From Candidatus Micrarchaeota archaeon (GTDB lineage: Archaea > Micrarchaeota > Micrarchaeia > Anstonellales > Anstonellaceae), in contig JAKAJC010000001.1 in the NCBI GenBank assembly GCA_021814005.1, forward strand, positions 5,379-69,378: DNA of 64,000 bases, read 5' to 3'. Every line of letters starts with the position of its first letter. Within the stretch, counting starts at the first letter, position 1. Positions 8,319 to 16,568 of the stretch are shown here, one piece after another. Below the pieces are notes generated by a model. It searched no databases. It saw only the letters and a program-made list of their open reading frames with translations, and was not told the DNA's origin. Made by a program: the position numbers and the translations under genes.

Positions 8319-8408
8319 TTTTCTTTATTTTTGGTTTCTTTTGTTTTTCTTTATTTTTTGTTTTGTCATTTCTTTTTCGTTTTTATTTTCCTTTCATTTT
8401 TCGTTTCC
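8319..8408 (+). terminator. Long polypyrimidine / oligo-T tract (archaeal terminator-like)
   Basis: About 90 nt of TTTTCTTTATTTTTGGTTTCTTTTGTTTTTC... directly after the stop at 8315. Confidence 0.45.
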
Positions 8409-8449
8409 ATAAGATAAGATAATAAACGCCAATATCCAGAAATAATATC

Positions 8450-9868
8450 GTGACAATCAAACGCGTAATCGGAGTGCTACCCGGCCTTCCGCCCGTCCTC
8501 AACCGGCATGCCGCGCGGGACACGGTTCCCCCAGTTGCGCTGCTGCACATTCTCTCGGCCGTTGAGCGGAAATGGCCGGAAAAAGAAGTCCTGCTGCTGG
8601 ACGGCAACGTCACCCCGCATGACAAAATCATAGAGGATGTGAAGAAATTCTCTGACAAGGAAACGCTTTTGCTGGTCAGCAGCCTCACTCTCAACCACCG
8701 CAACGGCCTGCGGATAGTGCAGGCCGGCCGCGAGAACGGGGCAACTGTCCTGATGGGCAACGACCATGCCACCCTCTTTTCCGAACCGATTATGCGGGAC
8801 CGGCCCGGCGTGGATTATTTGGGCGTGGGAGAATGCGGGGTGCCGACAACGCTCGGACTGGTGGATGCGCTCGAAGGAAGGGCCGAACTCGATGGCGTGC
8901 CAAATCTTGTTTATCGGATGAACGGCCAAATCAGAAAAACCAGCACCATGGTCCACGCCCCTCTGCAGGACGCCTGCCCCGACATGTCGCTGATTGAAAA
9001 TCCGGACGCTTATGTCGGGAACGGAAGGCAGATGCCCGGACCGCAAAACGGCGAAGCCCCGAAAAAATCAACCGGGGTAAATTTCAGCTTCGGATGCAAC
9101 GGCAACTGCTATTTCTGCGGGATTCTGGACCGGCGCAAGGTCGCGCACATCTCGCCCTCTTCTGCCGTGAAATGGATGGCCGAACTAAACGGCATGGGGT
9201 ACGAGCGCCTGCACGACGTGTGCGACGACATCGGCAGCGTGGATAGGGCGGTGCTGCGCGAGCTGGCCGAACGAAAAGAGAAGGCGGGACTGGATAATAT
9301 CCACCTGCTCAACTACTGCCGCTCCGACCATCTCATGGACATCAGTTTTGTCAATCTCCTTGGAAAACTCGGAGTGGACACCCTCTTCGTCGGCATTGAG
9401 AGCGGGGACCCTGCAATACTGCGGAATTCGTCCAAACCGGGACGAAGAAGGGAAACCGGCCCTCATGGAATCGACGGCGAGAATGTGGCCGGCGTGACCA
9501 ACGCTCTGCAGGCCGGCCTCGACGTCTGGCTGCTGTTCGTGCTGGGCCTGCCGGGCGAAACGGCCAAAAGCATCGAAAAAAGCGTCAAAATCGCGGAGAC
9601 GCTGGTCGAAACGAGCCAAAACACGGCCGGAAAAATCATCGCCGCGGACGCGAACATGCTCATTCCTTTCCCCGGAACGAGGGCATGGGGAAGCATCAAG
9701 GCCAAGATGGGCAAGGCGGACTTTTTCGAAAAATACGAAAATACCGACATGCCCAACGTATTCGAACTCACCCGCATGCACATGGACATGTTCTGCCAGG
9801 TGAGCGGGGAGCAAATCGAGAAGGCCCAGAAAGAGATAGAAGGAATGGTGAAGGCCCAGTTCCGCTAA
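8450..9868 (+). CDS. B12-binding-domain radical SAM protein (class B radical SAM family)
   Basis: N-terminal Rossmann-like B12-binding region (VLLLDGN...LLLVSSLT), 'FGCNGNCYFCG' CX3CX2C motif and 'LFVGIESGDPAILRN'. GTG start. Confidence 0.75.
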   Translation: MTIKRVIGVLPGLPPVLNRHAARDTVPPVALLHILSAVERKWPEKEVLLLDGNVTPHDKIIEDVKKFSDKETLLLVSSLTLNHRNGLRIVQAGRENGATVLMGNDHATLFSEPIMRDRPGVDYLGVGECGVPTTLGLVDALEGRAELDGVPNLVYRMNGQIRKTSTMVHAPLQDACPDMSLIENPDAYVGNGRQMPGPQNGEAPKKSTGVNFSFGCNGNCYFCGILDRRKVAHISPSSAVKWMAELNGMGYERLHDVCDDIGSVDRAVLRELAERKEKAGLDNIHLLNYCRSDHLMDISFVNLLGKLGVDTLFVGIESGDPAILRNSSKPGRRRETGPHGIDGENVAGVTNALQAGLDVWLLFVLGLPGETAKSIEKSVKIAETLVETSQNTAGKIIAADANMLIPFPGTRAWGSIKAKMGKADFFEKYENTDMPNVFELTRMHMDMFCQVSGEQIEKAQKEIEGMVKAQFR

Positions 9869-10075
9869 GCATCAGGTTCAGCTAAAAATCAAAATCCTGC
9901 AAGGGGTATGGGAGAAAGATAACAAACAGGGGCCGAACCGGCGCCTTCGTTCCTCTCTATTTTTACGTCAATAGTCGAAACTCTCTCCATAAGGTTTATT
10001 AGCTGTGCGACGTTGCTCCTCTCACAAAGGCGACCACCGCCCGAATGGCGGAAAGCCGGAAAATGAGGTGACGCA

Positions 10076-10285
10076 ATGGCAAAAAATGAAAAAATGAAAT
10101 GCGACGGATGTTGCAGCATGCACATCTGCGGCAAATGCGCACCAATGATGCTGGTGTTCGGCATATTGTTCCTGATTGCCGGCTTCAACCTCTGGACAAG
10201 CGCACCGTACTGGTTCAACTTCAACACCATCATCGGCGTATTTCTGGCCATATGGGGCCTTGCGGCCATGATGATGAAGAAGTAG
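10076..10285 (+). CDS. Small Cys-rich two-TM membrane protein
   Basis: 69 aa: 'MAKNEKMKCDGCCSMHICGKC' followed by two hydrophobic helices. GAGGTGA Shine-Dalgarno 5 nt upstream of the ATG and a T-rich tract downstream. Confidence 0.6.
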   Translation: MAKNEKMKCDGCCSMHICGKCAPMMLVFGILFLIAGFNLWTSAPYWFNFNTIIGVFLAIWGLAAMMMKK

Positions 10286-10290
10286 AAAAA

Positions 10291-10332
10291 TCGTTTCTTT
10301 TTGATTTTTTATTAATTTTTTATTTTCTTTCT
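10291..10332 (+). terminator. Oligo-T / polypyrimidine tract
   Basis: TCGTTTCTTTTTGATTTTTTATTAATTTTTTATTTTCTTTCTT immediately after the stop at 10285. Confidence 0.45.
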
Positions 10333-10409
10333 TGCGCCTAATCTATTTGCCATGCGCGGCGCGGCGGAAAGCCGGTCTGCCAAATCATCTTAAACCCTGA
10401 CTTTCTATA

Positions 10410-12512
10410 ATGGCCTCCCTTCGTGGGAAGGCTTTAGCCATGGCGACCATTGATGATTCGCATTTGCTCAAATTATGGGAAGATTTCATAGAAGGCTACG
10501 CCAGGCAATCTCTGAAAGAACTGGAAACCCAGTACCCGACGAAAAAAAGCCTTGAAATCGACTTCGGCGAGGTGCAGCGCTTTGACCACGAGCTGGCCGA
10601 GCTGCTCATAGAAAAGCCCGACGTGGCCATAGCGGCTTTGGAAAAGCTTGTCAAAAAGCCCACGGCAGGCGTGCTGGAGGGCGTGCCGTTCGAGCCCCAC
10701 GTGCGCATCAAGAATGTGCCCGAAAACAATCTGCTTATCCAGAACATTTCATCGACGCATATTGACCATCTTATTTCAATCAAAGGCATCATCAACAAGC
10801 GCGCCGACGTTTTGCACAAGGTGAAGGTCGCCCTTTATCGATGCCTTATGTGCGACCACGTGCTGCGCGTGCCGATTACAAGAAAGGACGTTGCCCCGCA
10901 AATCTGCCCCGAATGCAAGCGCCGCTCGCTCAAACTCGAGGAGGAGGGCTGCTATTTTGTCGACATTCAAAGGGCAGAAGTGCAGGAATTACTGGAGAGA
11001 TTGAAGGGAGGCACGCCGGCCGCGCGCCTCGAACTTTACATGGAAGACGATTTGGTCAACCGCCTCACTCCAGGCGAGTCTGTCGAGGTTGTCGGAGTGG
11101 TGCGCCTGCGCCCGCCGCTCAAGCCGAAAGGAAAGCGCGAGGAGGTTGCCGGAATCTACACGCGCTTCCTCGAGGTAAACAACATAATTCACATGCGCAA
11201 GGATTTCGAGGACATTCTTATCACCCCTGACGAGGAAACGCAAATCCGCGAGCTGGCAAAGGACCCGCAGATTTACGAATATGTCACAGACGGCGTGGCG
11301 CCCGGCATTTACGGCCACACCGAAGTAAAGCAGGCAATCGCGCTGCAGATGTTCGGCGGCACCAGAAACAAGATGCTGCCCGGCGGCGAGCCTATTCGTG
11401 ATGACATTCATTTGCTTCTTATCGGTGACCCCGGCGCGGCCAAATCGCGTTTACTGCATTATGCAAAAGACCTCGTGCCGAAAGGAATTTACGTTTCAGG
11501 CAAATCGGTCACCGGCGTCGGCTTGACTGCTGCAGCCGAAAAAGACGACATGGGCGAGGGCGGCTGGACTCTGAAAGCCGGCGCGCTCGTTCTTGCGTCG
11601 GGAGGCATGGCCGCAATCGACGAGTTTGACAAAATCGATGATGAAGAAAGAGCAGCCATGCACGAAGTAATGGAATCGCAAACCGTGAGCATTGCAAAGG
11701 CAGGCATTGTTGCGCAATTCAAGGCAAAATGCGCCATTCTGGCTGCGGCCAACCCGAAATTCGGCAGATTTGACAGAAACAAGCTGCCGGCAGAACAATT
11801 CGAAATTCCCCCCACCCTGCTTTCGCGTTTTGACCTCATCTTCGTAATCTTCGACACCATGGACAAGGTGCGCGACGCCGAAATGGCGTCCAAAATTCTG
11901 GCAGACCATCAGGCAATTTACATGAACGAGGCTGATGCAGAGGAAAGGGACAACGAGGGCAAGAAGCTGACGCGCCGCCTGCTCACCAAATATATCGCAT
12001 ATGCGCGCCGCAGCGTAAATCCCGCGCTCAGCGACCAGGCGGCCGAGAAAATCAAAGACTATTATGTTGAACTGCGCTCGAAGGGAATGCAGAGCGGCGC
12101 GGTGCCGATTACTGCAAGGCAAATCGAAGGGTTGGTGCGCATGGCCGAGGCCTCGGCCAAGGTGCGCCTCTCTGAAAAGGTGGAAGTCGTCGACGCCGAG
12201 CGCTCAATCGGTTTGCACACGTTCATGATGAACGCGATTATGCGCGACAAGGAGACGGGCGCGTTCGACGTCGATATTATTGCCACGGGCAAGCCCAAGT
12301 CGCAGGTGGACAAGATTAACACCGTCATGTCGCTGGTGCAGGAGCTGCAGAAGAGTTACGATCTGGTGGAAATCAACAAAGTGGTGGAGGAGGCGTCCAC
12401 CTACCAGATTTCGGAGGCAGACTGCAGGCGCTTTATCGACGAGCTGATTTACAAGGGAGACTTGTACAAGGTCAAGCACGGCTTTGTGAAAGTGGTGGAG
12501 CAGTACGGATAG
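10410..12512 (+). CDS. mcm: MCM replicative helicase
   Basis: 700 aa. Zn-finger 'CLMCDH...CPECK', Walker A 'GDPGAAKS', Walker B 'AIDEFDK', arginine finger 'SRFDL' and a C-terminal wHTH. Alternative start at 10440 (MATIDD), possibly leaderless behind TTTCTATAA. Confidence 0.95.
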   Translation: MASLRGKALAMATIDDSHLLKLWEDFIEGYARQSLKELETQYPTKKSLEIDFGEVQRFDHELAELLIEKPDVAIAALEKLVKKPTAGVLEGVPFEPHVRIKNVPENNLLIQNISSTHIDHLISIKGIINKRADVLHKVKVALYRCLMCDHVLRVPITRKDVAPQICPECKRRSLKLEEEGCYFVDIQRAEVQELLERLKGGTPAARLELYMEDDLVNRLTPGESVEVVGVVRLRPPLKPKGKREEVAGIYTRFLEVNNIIHMRKDFEDILITPDEETQIRELAKDPQIYEYVTDGVAPGIYGHTEVKQAIALQMFGGTRNKMLPGGEPIRDDIHLLLIGDPGAAKSRLLHYAKDLVPKGIYVSGKSVTGVGLTAAAEKDDMGEGGWTLKAGALVLASGGMAAIDEFDKIDDEERAAMHEVMESQTVSIAKAGIVAQFKAKCAILAAANPKFGRFDRNKLPAEQFEIPPTLLSRFDLIFVIFDTMDKVRDAEMASKILADHQAIYMNEADAEERDNEGKKLTRRLLTKYIAYARRSVNPALSDQAAEKIKDYYVELRSKGMQSGAVPITARQIEGLVRMAEASAKVRLSEKVEVVDAERSIGLHTFMMNAIMRDKETGAFDVDIIATGKPKSQVDKINTVMSLVQELQKSYDLVEINKVVEEASTYQISEADCRRFIDELIYKGDLYKVKHGFVKVVEQYG

Positions 12513-12581
12513 AGATTTTCCCGCCCCCTTCATCAACCAATTTAAAGATGCCCGTCCCACTGCTGAATTGAGGTTGTCTTC

Positions 12582-13484
12582 ATGGAATCACCCGCACCGA
12601 TTCACGGAACGTTTTCTGTCAAATCAGGCCTTGCCCAGATGCTGAAAGGCGGCGTCATTCTCGACGTGACAAACGCGACTCAGGCCAAAATCGCGCAGGA
12701 GGCCGGCGCGGTTGCGGTGATGGCGCTCGAGCGCGTGCCGGCAGACATCCGCCGCGAGGGCGGCGTTGCCCGCATGTCGGAGCCGGGGAAAATAAAGGAA
12801 ATCAAGGCGGCCGTGACGATTCCGGTGATGGCCAAATGCCGCATCGGCCATTTTGTCGAGGCGCAGGTTCTCCAGTCATTGCAGGTTGATTTTATCGACG
12901 AATCCGAAGTGCTCACTCCGGCTGACGAAGAGAAGCACATAGACAAATGGGGCTACAAAGTGCCGTTCGTGTGCGGCGCGCGCGATTTGGGCGAGGCTCT
13001 GCGGCGCATTTCCGAAGGGGCGGCCATGATTCGCACAAAAGGCGAGGCCGGCACCGGAAACATCGTCGAGGCAATGAGGCACATGAGGGCGATGCAGAGA
13101 GGCATTGACGAAGTGAGGGCTGCGGCCAAAAACAAAAAAGAGCTGGCCTCTTTTGCAAAGGAAATGCGCGTTGATGTTACACTTGTTGAAAAAGTTGCTG
13201 CGGCGGGAAAACTGCCTGTGGTTAATTTCGCGGCAGGCGGCGTTGCAACGCCCGCCGATGCGGCAATGTGCATGCAGATGGGCTGCGACGGCGTGTTTGT
13301 GGGCTCGGGCATTTTCAAGTCCGCAGACCCGGCTGCGCGTGCGCGTGCCATTGTTCAGGCAACCGCGCATTTCAACGACGCTGAATTGATTGCGCGCGTG
13401 TCTGAAAATCTTGGAGACCCGATGCGTTCCATAGACGTGCGCACTCTTACGCCCGAAAACAGGATGGCAAGCCGCGGGATTTAA
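12582..13484 (+). CDS. pdxS: Pyridoxal 5'-phosphate synthase, lyase subunit PdxS
   Basis: '[42 protein letters not shown]...' is near-invariant PdxS sequence. Confidence 0.95.
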   Translation: MESPAPIHGTFSVKSGLAQMLKGGVILDVTNATQAKIAQEAGAVAVMALERVPADIRREGGVARMSEPGKIKEIKAAVTIPVMAKCRIGHFVEAQVLQSLQVDFIDESEVLTPADEEKHIDKWGYKVPFVCGARDLGEALRRISEGAAMIRTKGEAGTGNIVEAMRHMRAMQRGIDEVRAAAKNKKELASFAKEMRVDVTLVEKVAAAGKLPVVNFAAGGVATPADAAMCMQMGCDGVFVGSGIFKSADPAARARAIVQATAHFNDAELIARVSENLGDPMRSIDVRTLTPENRMASRGI

Positions 13485-13510
13485 GAAAAAGAGGCAACAA
13501 TTGCATAACC

Positions 13511-14152
13511 ATGCTTACGCCGGCTAATGTGCATGCGCGCCATGCGGCAAAAAGAAAAGAGATAGAGGCGCGGCTGGCCGAATTCAGAACCATTCCGGCC
13601 AAAGGAAATGCTTCCCTTCTTTCAGAACTCTCGTTCTGCATCTGTGCCGCCAACAGCTCGGCAGAAGCGGCATATCGGGCGCAGACAGAACTGACAAAAA
13701 CAGGCCTGCTTTTTTCAGACAACACAGACAAAATCTCGGCAGTTCTTCTCTCGTCGCACGTGAGATTTCACAAAAACAAGGCAAGATATCTTGTTGAGGC
13801 CAGAAAAAAGCTGTTTGACGAGAAAACACTGGAGAAAACGATTGCGCAAAACAATGATGCGCCCACAATACGCAATTCTCTTGCAGACAATGTTTTGGGT
13901 TTGGGCATGAAAGAGGCCGGCCATTTCCTGCGCAACAGCGGGCTTGGGCAGGAGGTCGCCATTCTGGACCGGCACATACTCAAGAATCTTGTGAGTTTGG
14001 GCGTGATTGACACCGTGCCGAAAACCCTCACCCGCAAAAATTATCTTGCAATCGAGGAGAAAATGATGGAGTTTTCAAAAAAGAACGAAATTCCTCTCGC
14101 GCACCTCGACTTGCTGATGTGGAGCGAGCAAACAGGACACATATTTAAGTGA
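13511..14152 (+). CDS. ogg: N-glycosylase/DNA lyase (archaeal Ogg2-type 8-oxoguanine glycosylase, HhH-GPD)
   Basis: 213 aa. 'GLGMKEAGHFLRNSGLGQEVAILDRHILK' is the HhH motif with the catalytic Lys/Asp context of Ogg2. Confidence 0.8.
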   Translation: MLTPANVHARHAAKRKEIEARLAEFRTIPAKGNASLLSELSFCICAANSSAEAAYRAQTELTKTGLLFSDNTDKISAVLLSSHVRFHKNKARYLVEARKKLFDEKTLEKTIAQNNDAPTIRNSLADNVLGLGMKEAGHFLRNSGLGQEVAILDRHILKNLVSLGVIDTVPKTLTRKNYLAIEEKMMEFSKKNEIPLAHLDLLMWSEQTGHIFK

Positions 14153-14185
14153 AGAGGACGATGTGAGAGCAGCGAGGACGAAACC

Positions 14186-14818
14186 ATGGCTGTTTTACAA
14201 ATCGGGGTGCTGGCTTTGCAGGGCGGGGTGCAGGAGCACATAAACGCCACAAGAGCTGCGGCAGACAAAACCAAGATTCCAATTTCTTTGCGCACTGTGC
14301 GCACTGCAAACGAGCTTGCCGGCCTGCAGGGGCTTCTGCTTCCTGGCGGGGAATCCACGACGCTCAGCCTTCTTCTGCAGAAAAACAGCATGCTTGAGCC
14401 CATGAAAAACATCCCCGGACTTTTTGGGACATGCGCCGGCCTCATTCTGATGGCAAAAGAAGTGGAAGGCAGGGTGCAGGGGCAGGAAGGCCTTGATGTC
14501 ATGGACGTCGGCGTGAACCGCAACGCCTATGGCGTGCAAATCCATTCTTTCGAGAGCGCATTGCAAGCAACAGATGAAAAAAACAATCTTACAGGCAGAT
14601 TGCGCATCCCGTTCATCCGCGCGCCGAAAATAACAAAAATCGACGAAAATGCCGGCGTGAAGGTTCTGGCCACATTGCCAAAAACAGGCGAGCCGGTCAT
14701 TGTGGAACAGAGGCTGGCCGGCCGCTTTTACCTCGGCACAACATGCCACCCTGAATTGAAAACATCAAAAGTGCATGAATTGTTTTTGAAAGAATTGCAG
14801 GCTGCGCTTCGCGCATAG
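14186..14818 (+). CDS. pdxT: Pyridoxal 5'-phosphate synthase, glutaminase subunit PdxT
   Basis: 'IGVLALQGGVQEH', 'LLLPGGESTT', 'GTCAGLILMA' (catalytic Cys) and 'TCHPE'. Confidence 0.9.
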   Translation: MAVLQIGVLALQGGVQEHINATRAAADKTKIPISLRTVRTANELAGLQGLLLPGGESTTLSLLLQKNSMLEPMKNIPGLFGTCAGLILMAKEVEGRVQGQEGLDVMDVGVNRNAYGVQIHSFESALQATDEKNNLTGRLRIPFIRAPKITKIDENAGVKVLATLPKTGEPVIVEQRLAGRFYLGTTCHPELKTSKVHELFLKELQAALRA

Positions 14819-14871
14819 GCGCGGACAGCATGTTTTTAGAATATGGCGATGAACCGGCAAGAAGTGATTGT

Positions 14872-15396
14872 ATGTCAACAGGAGAAAAAGCACCCCCTTT
14901 CGAGGCCGACGCAGTTTATGACGGCAGAGTCATCAGAGTGAGCTTAAGCGAATTTGCCAACCGGTGGGTGCTGCTTTTCTTCTATCCAAAGGATTTCAGT
15001 TTCGTCTGCCCGACGGAACTTCGCATGCTGGCCAAATATCACGACGAGTTTGAGAAGGCGGGAGTGAGCATTCTCGGCGTGTCCACAGACAGCGTGGAGT
15101 CGCACAAGCAATGGCTTGCAAAAGATTTGCCCGACGTGCATTACCCACTCATCGCCGACACCGACGCGGTGATTTCCAGCCTGTACGGCGTTCTTGACGC
15201 AAAAAGCGGGCAGGCGCTGCGCGGCGCGTTCATAATCGACCCCGACGGCGTCGTGCAGTACGCTGTGATATCAAACATGAACGTGGGCCGCTCGGTCAAG
15301 GAGCTTTTGCGGGTGATTGCGGCGTTGAAGACCAGCGGGATGTGCCCGGCCGGATGGAAAAAAGGCGACAAGCCGCTGGCGGTGCGGCCTGAATGA
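14872..15396 (+). CDS. Peroxiredoxin (AhpC/TSA, 2-Cys type)
   Basis: 'WVLLFFYPKDFSFVCPTEL' peroxidatic Cys motif and C-terminal 'MCPAGW'. The ATG at 14872 is preceded by GTGAT. Confidence 0.9.
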   Translation: MSTGEKAPPFEADAVYDGRVIRVSLSEFANRWVLLFFYPKDFSFVCPTELRMLAKYHDEFEKAGVSILGVSTDSVESHKQWLAKDLPDVHYPLIADTDAVISSLYGVLDAKSGQALRGAFIIDPDGVVQYAVISNMNVGRSVKELLRVIAALKTSGMCPAGWKKGDKPLAVRPE

Positions 15397-15433
15397 AATT
15401 TATTTTTCACCCCGATGCGGCCTCGAACCAATC

Positions 15434-15441
15434 TTTTTAAA
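15434..15441 (+). promoter_or_regulatory. TATA-like box (TTTTTAAA) for the rpl3 operon
   Basis: The only strong AT-rich box in the 207-nt gap upstream of rpl3. Confidence 0.35.
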
Positions 15442-15461
15442 CCCTTGTCTCCATAGCATTA

Positions 15462-15585
15462 CATCTTCTTACGTCCCAAAACGTAAGATGACACTCCTGG
15501 CTATAACGTCAGGAATCATCTCGGGGCTCAACAAAAGCCAAGCGATGATTTATCAGAATCCATGCGCGTTAATTTTGTGCGCGCA
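15462..15585 (+). promoter_or_regulatory. Structured 5' leader of the ribosomal-protein operon (four consecutive hairpins)
   Basis: CATCTT[CTT]ACGT-cccaaa-ACGTAAGATG (15462-15490); TCCTG..CAGGA (15495-15513); AATCATC..GATGATT (15514-15550) enclosing GGCT..AGCC; GCGCG..CGCGC (15564-15585). Confidence 0.4.
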
Positions 15586-15603
15586 ATAATCTAATGTGAT
15601 ATT

Positions 15604-16545
15604 ATGTCGGGACGCCACTCTCACCGAAGAGGTTCTATCGCCATGCGGCCGCGCAAGCGCGCGGAAGGCCAGACGCCGCGCATCGGAGTCTGGGCAGCCA
15701 GCACAGAAAAGCGCCTCCTGGGCTTTGCAGGCTACAAGGCCGGCATGACAACCGTTTCCTATATAGATGATTCAACTTCACCCAACGCGGGCAACGAGAT
15801 TTTCGGCGCGGTCACCGTGCTTGAAGTCCCGCCCATGATGGTGTACGGCGTGCGCGGCATGAAATACGGCCAGACGCTCGCCGATGAATTGACAACCGAT
15901 GAAAAAATCCTCAAAATATTGGGAAACAAGCCGAAAGCAAAAAACAAACTCGAACCTTCTTCTGTTTCTGAAATTTTCGTTTTGGCATACGCGCAATCGC
16001 ACAAGACCGGATTCGGCCGCAAGCACCCCGACAAGATGATGATTGCAGTCGGCGGCAAGGACATGGCCGAGAAACTCGATTATGCCCGCAGTCTTGTCGG
16101 CAAGGAAATCAAGGCGTCTGAAGTTTTCAAGCCCGGCGAATACGTTGACGCCGTGGCAATCACAACCGGCAAGGGCTGGCAGGGCGCGGTCAAGCGCCAC
16201 GGAATCATGACACAGCGCCGCAAGGCGACCGGCAAGGTCCGCCACGCCGGCACTCTGGGCGCATGGCACCCGGGTTACGTTCTTTACACTGTTCCGCACG
16301 CCGGACAGATGGGCTACCACAAGCGCACGGAGATGAACAAGCGCGTCATGAAGATGGTGGAGCCCGCCGCAATCAACCCGCGGGGCGGATTCCCGCACTA
16401 CGGGGTTGTCAAGAACGAATGCATACTCATCAAGGGCTCGCTCAACGGGCCGGTCAAGCGCCTGGTTCGCCTGCGCAAAGCGGTGAGAAAGTCTGAAGTG
16501 AAGGCGCCCGACATGCGCGACATTTCGCTCCAGCCCAAGAACTAG
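15604..16545 (+). CDS. rpl3: 50S ribosomal protein uL3
   Basis: 'RPRKRAEGQTPRI', 'GKGWQGAVKRHG' and 'GAWHPG'; first gene of the archaeal S10-like cluster. Confidence 0.95.
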   Translation: MSGRHSHRRGSIAMRPRKRAEGQTPRIGVWAASTEKRLLGFAGYKAGMTTVSYIDDSTSPNAGNEIFGAVTVLEVPPMMVYGVRGMKYGQTLADELTTDEKILKILGNKPKAKNKLEPSSVSEIFVLAYAQSHKTGFGRKHPDKMMIAVGGKDMAEKLDYARSLVGKEIKASEVFKPGEYVDAVAITTGKGWQGAVKRHGIMTQRRKATGKVRHAGTLGAWHPGYVLYTVPHAGQMGYHKRTEMNKRVMKMVEPAAINPRGGFPHYGVVKNECILIKGSLNGPVKRLVRLRKAVRKSEVKAPDMRDISLQPKN

Positions 16546-16568
16546 AATTAGATTTACAAGTGATATTC

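Noticed and set aside
9889-10269. 126-aa minus-strand ORF overlapping the small Cys-rich membrane protein gene
   Set aside because: It has no SD and an odd composition. The plus-strand 69-aa ORF has a strong SD, two clean TM helices and a downstream terminator tract.
15397-15440. T-arm-like GGTTCGAGG on the minus strand, checked as a possible tRNA or tRNA fragment
   Set aside because: No complementary T-stem, acceptor or anticodon arm could be built around it.
16560-16568. 'MIFMA / MIFMG / MIIMA' N-termini in the ORF track (16560, 17390, 22605, 24467, 25422, 26571, 27939, 39139)
   Set aside because: The upstream start is the GTG (or ATG) inside the Shine-Dalgarno sequence GTGAT. The real ATG lies 9 nt downstream at canonical spacing.
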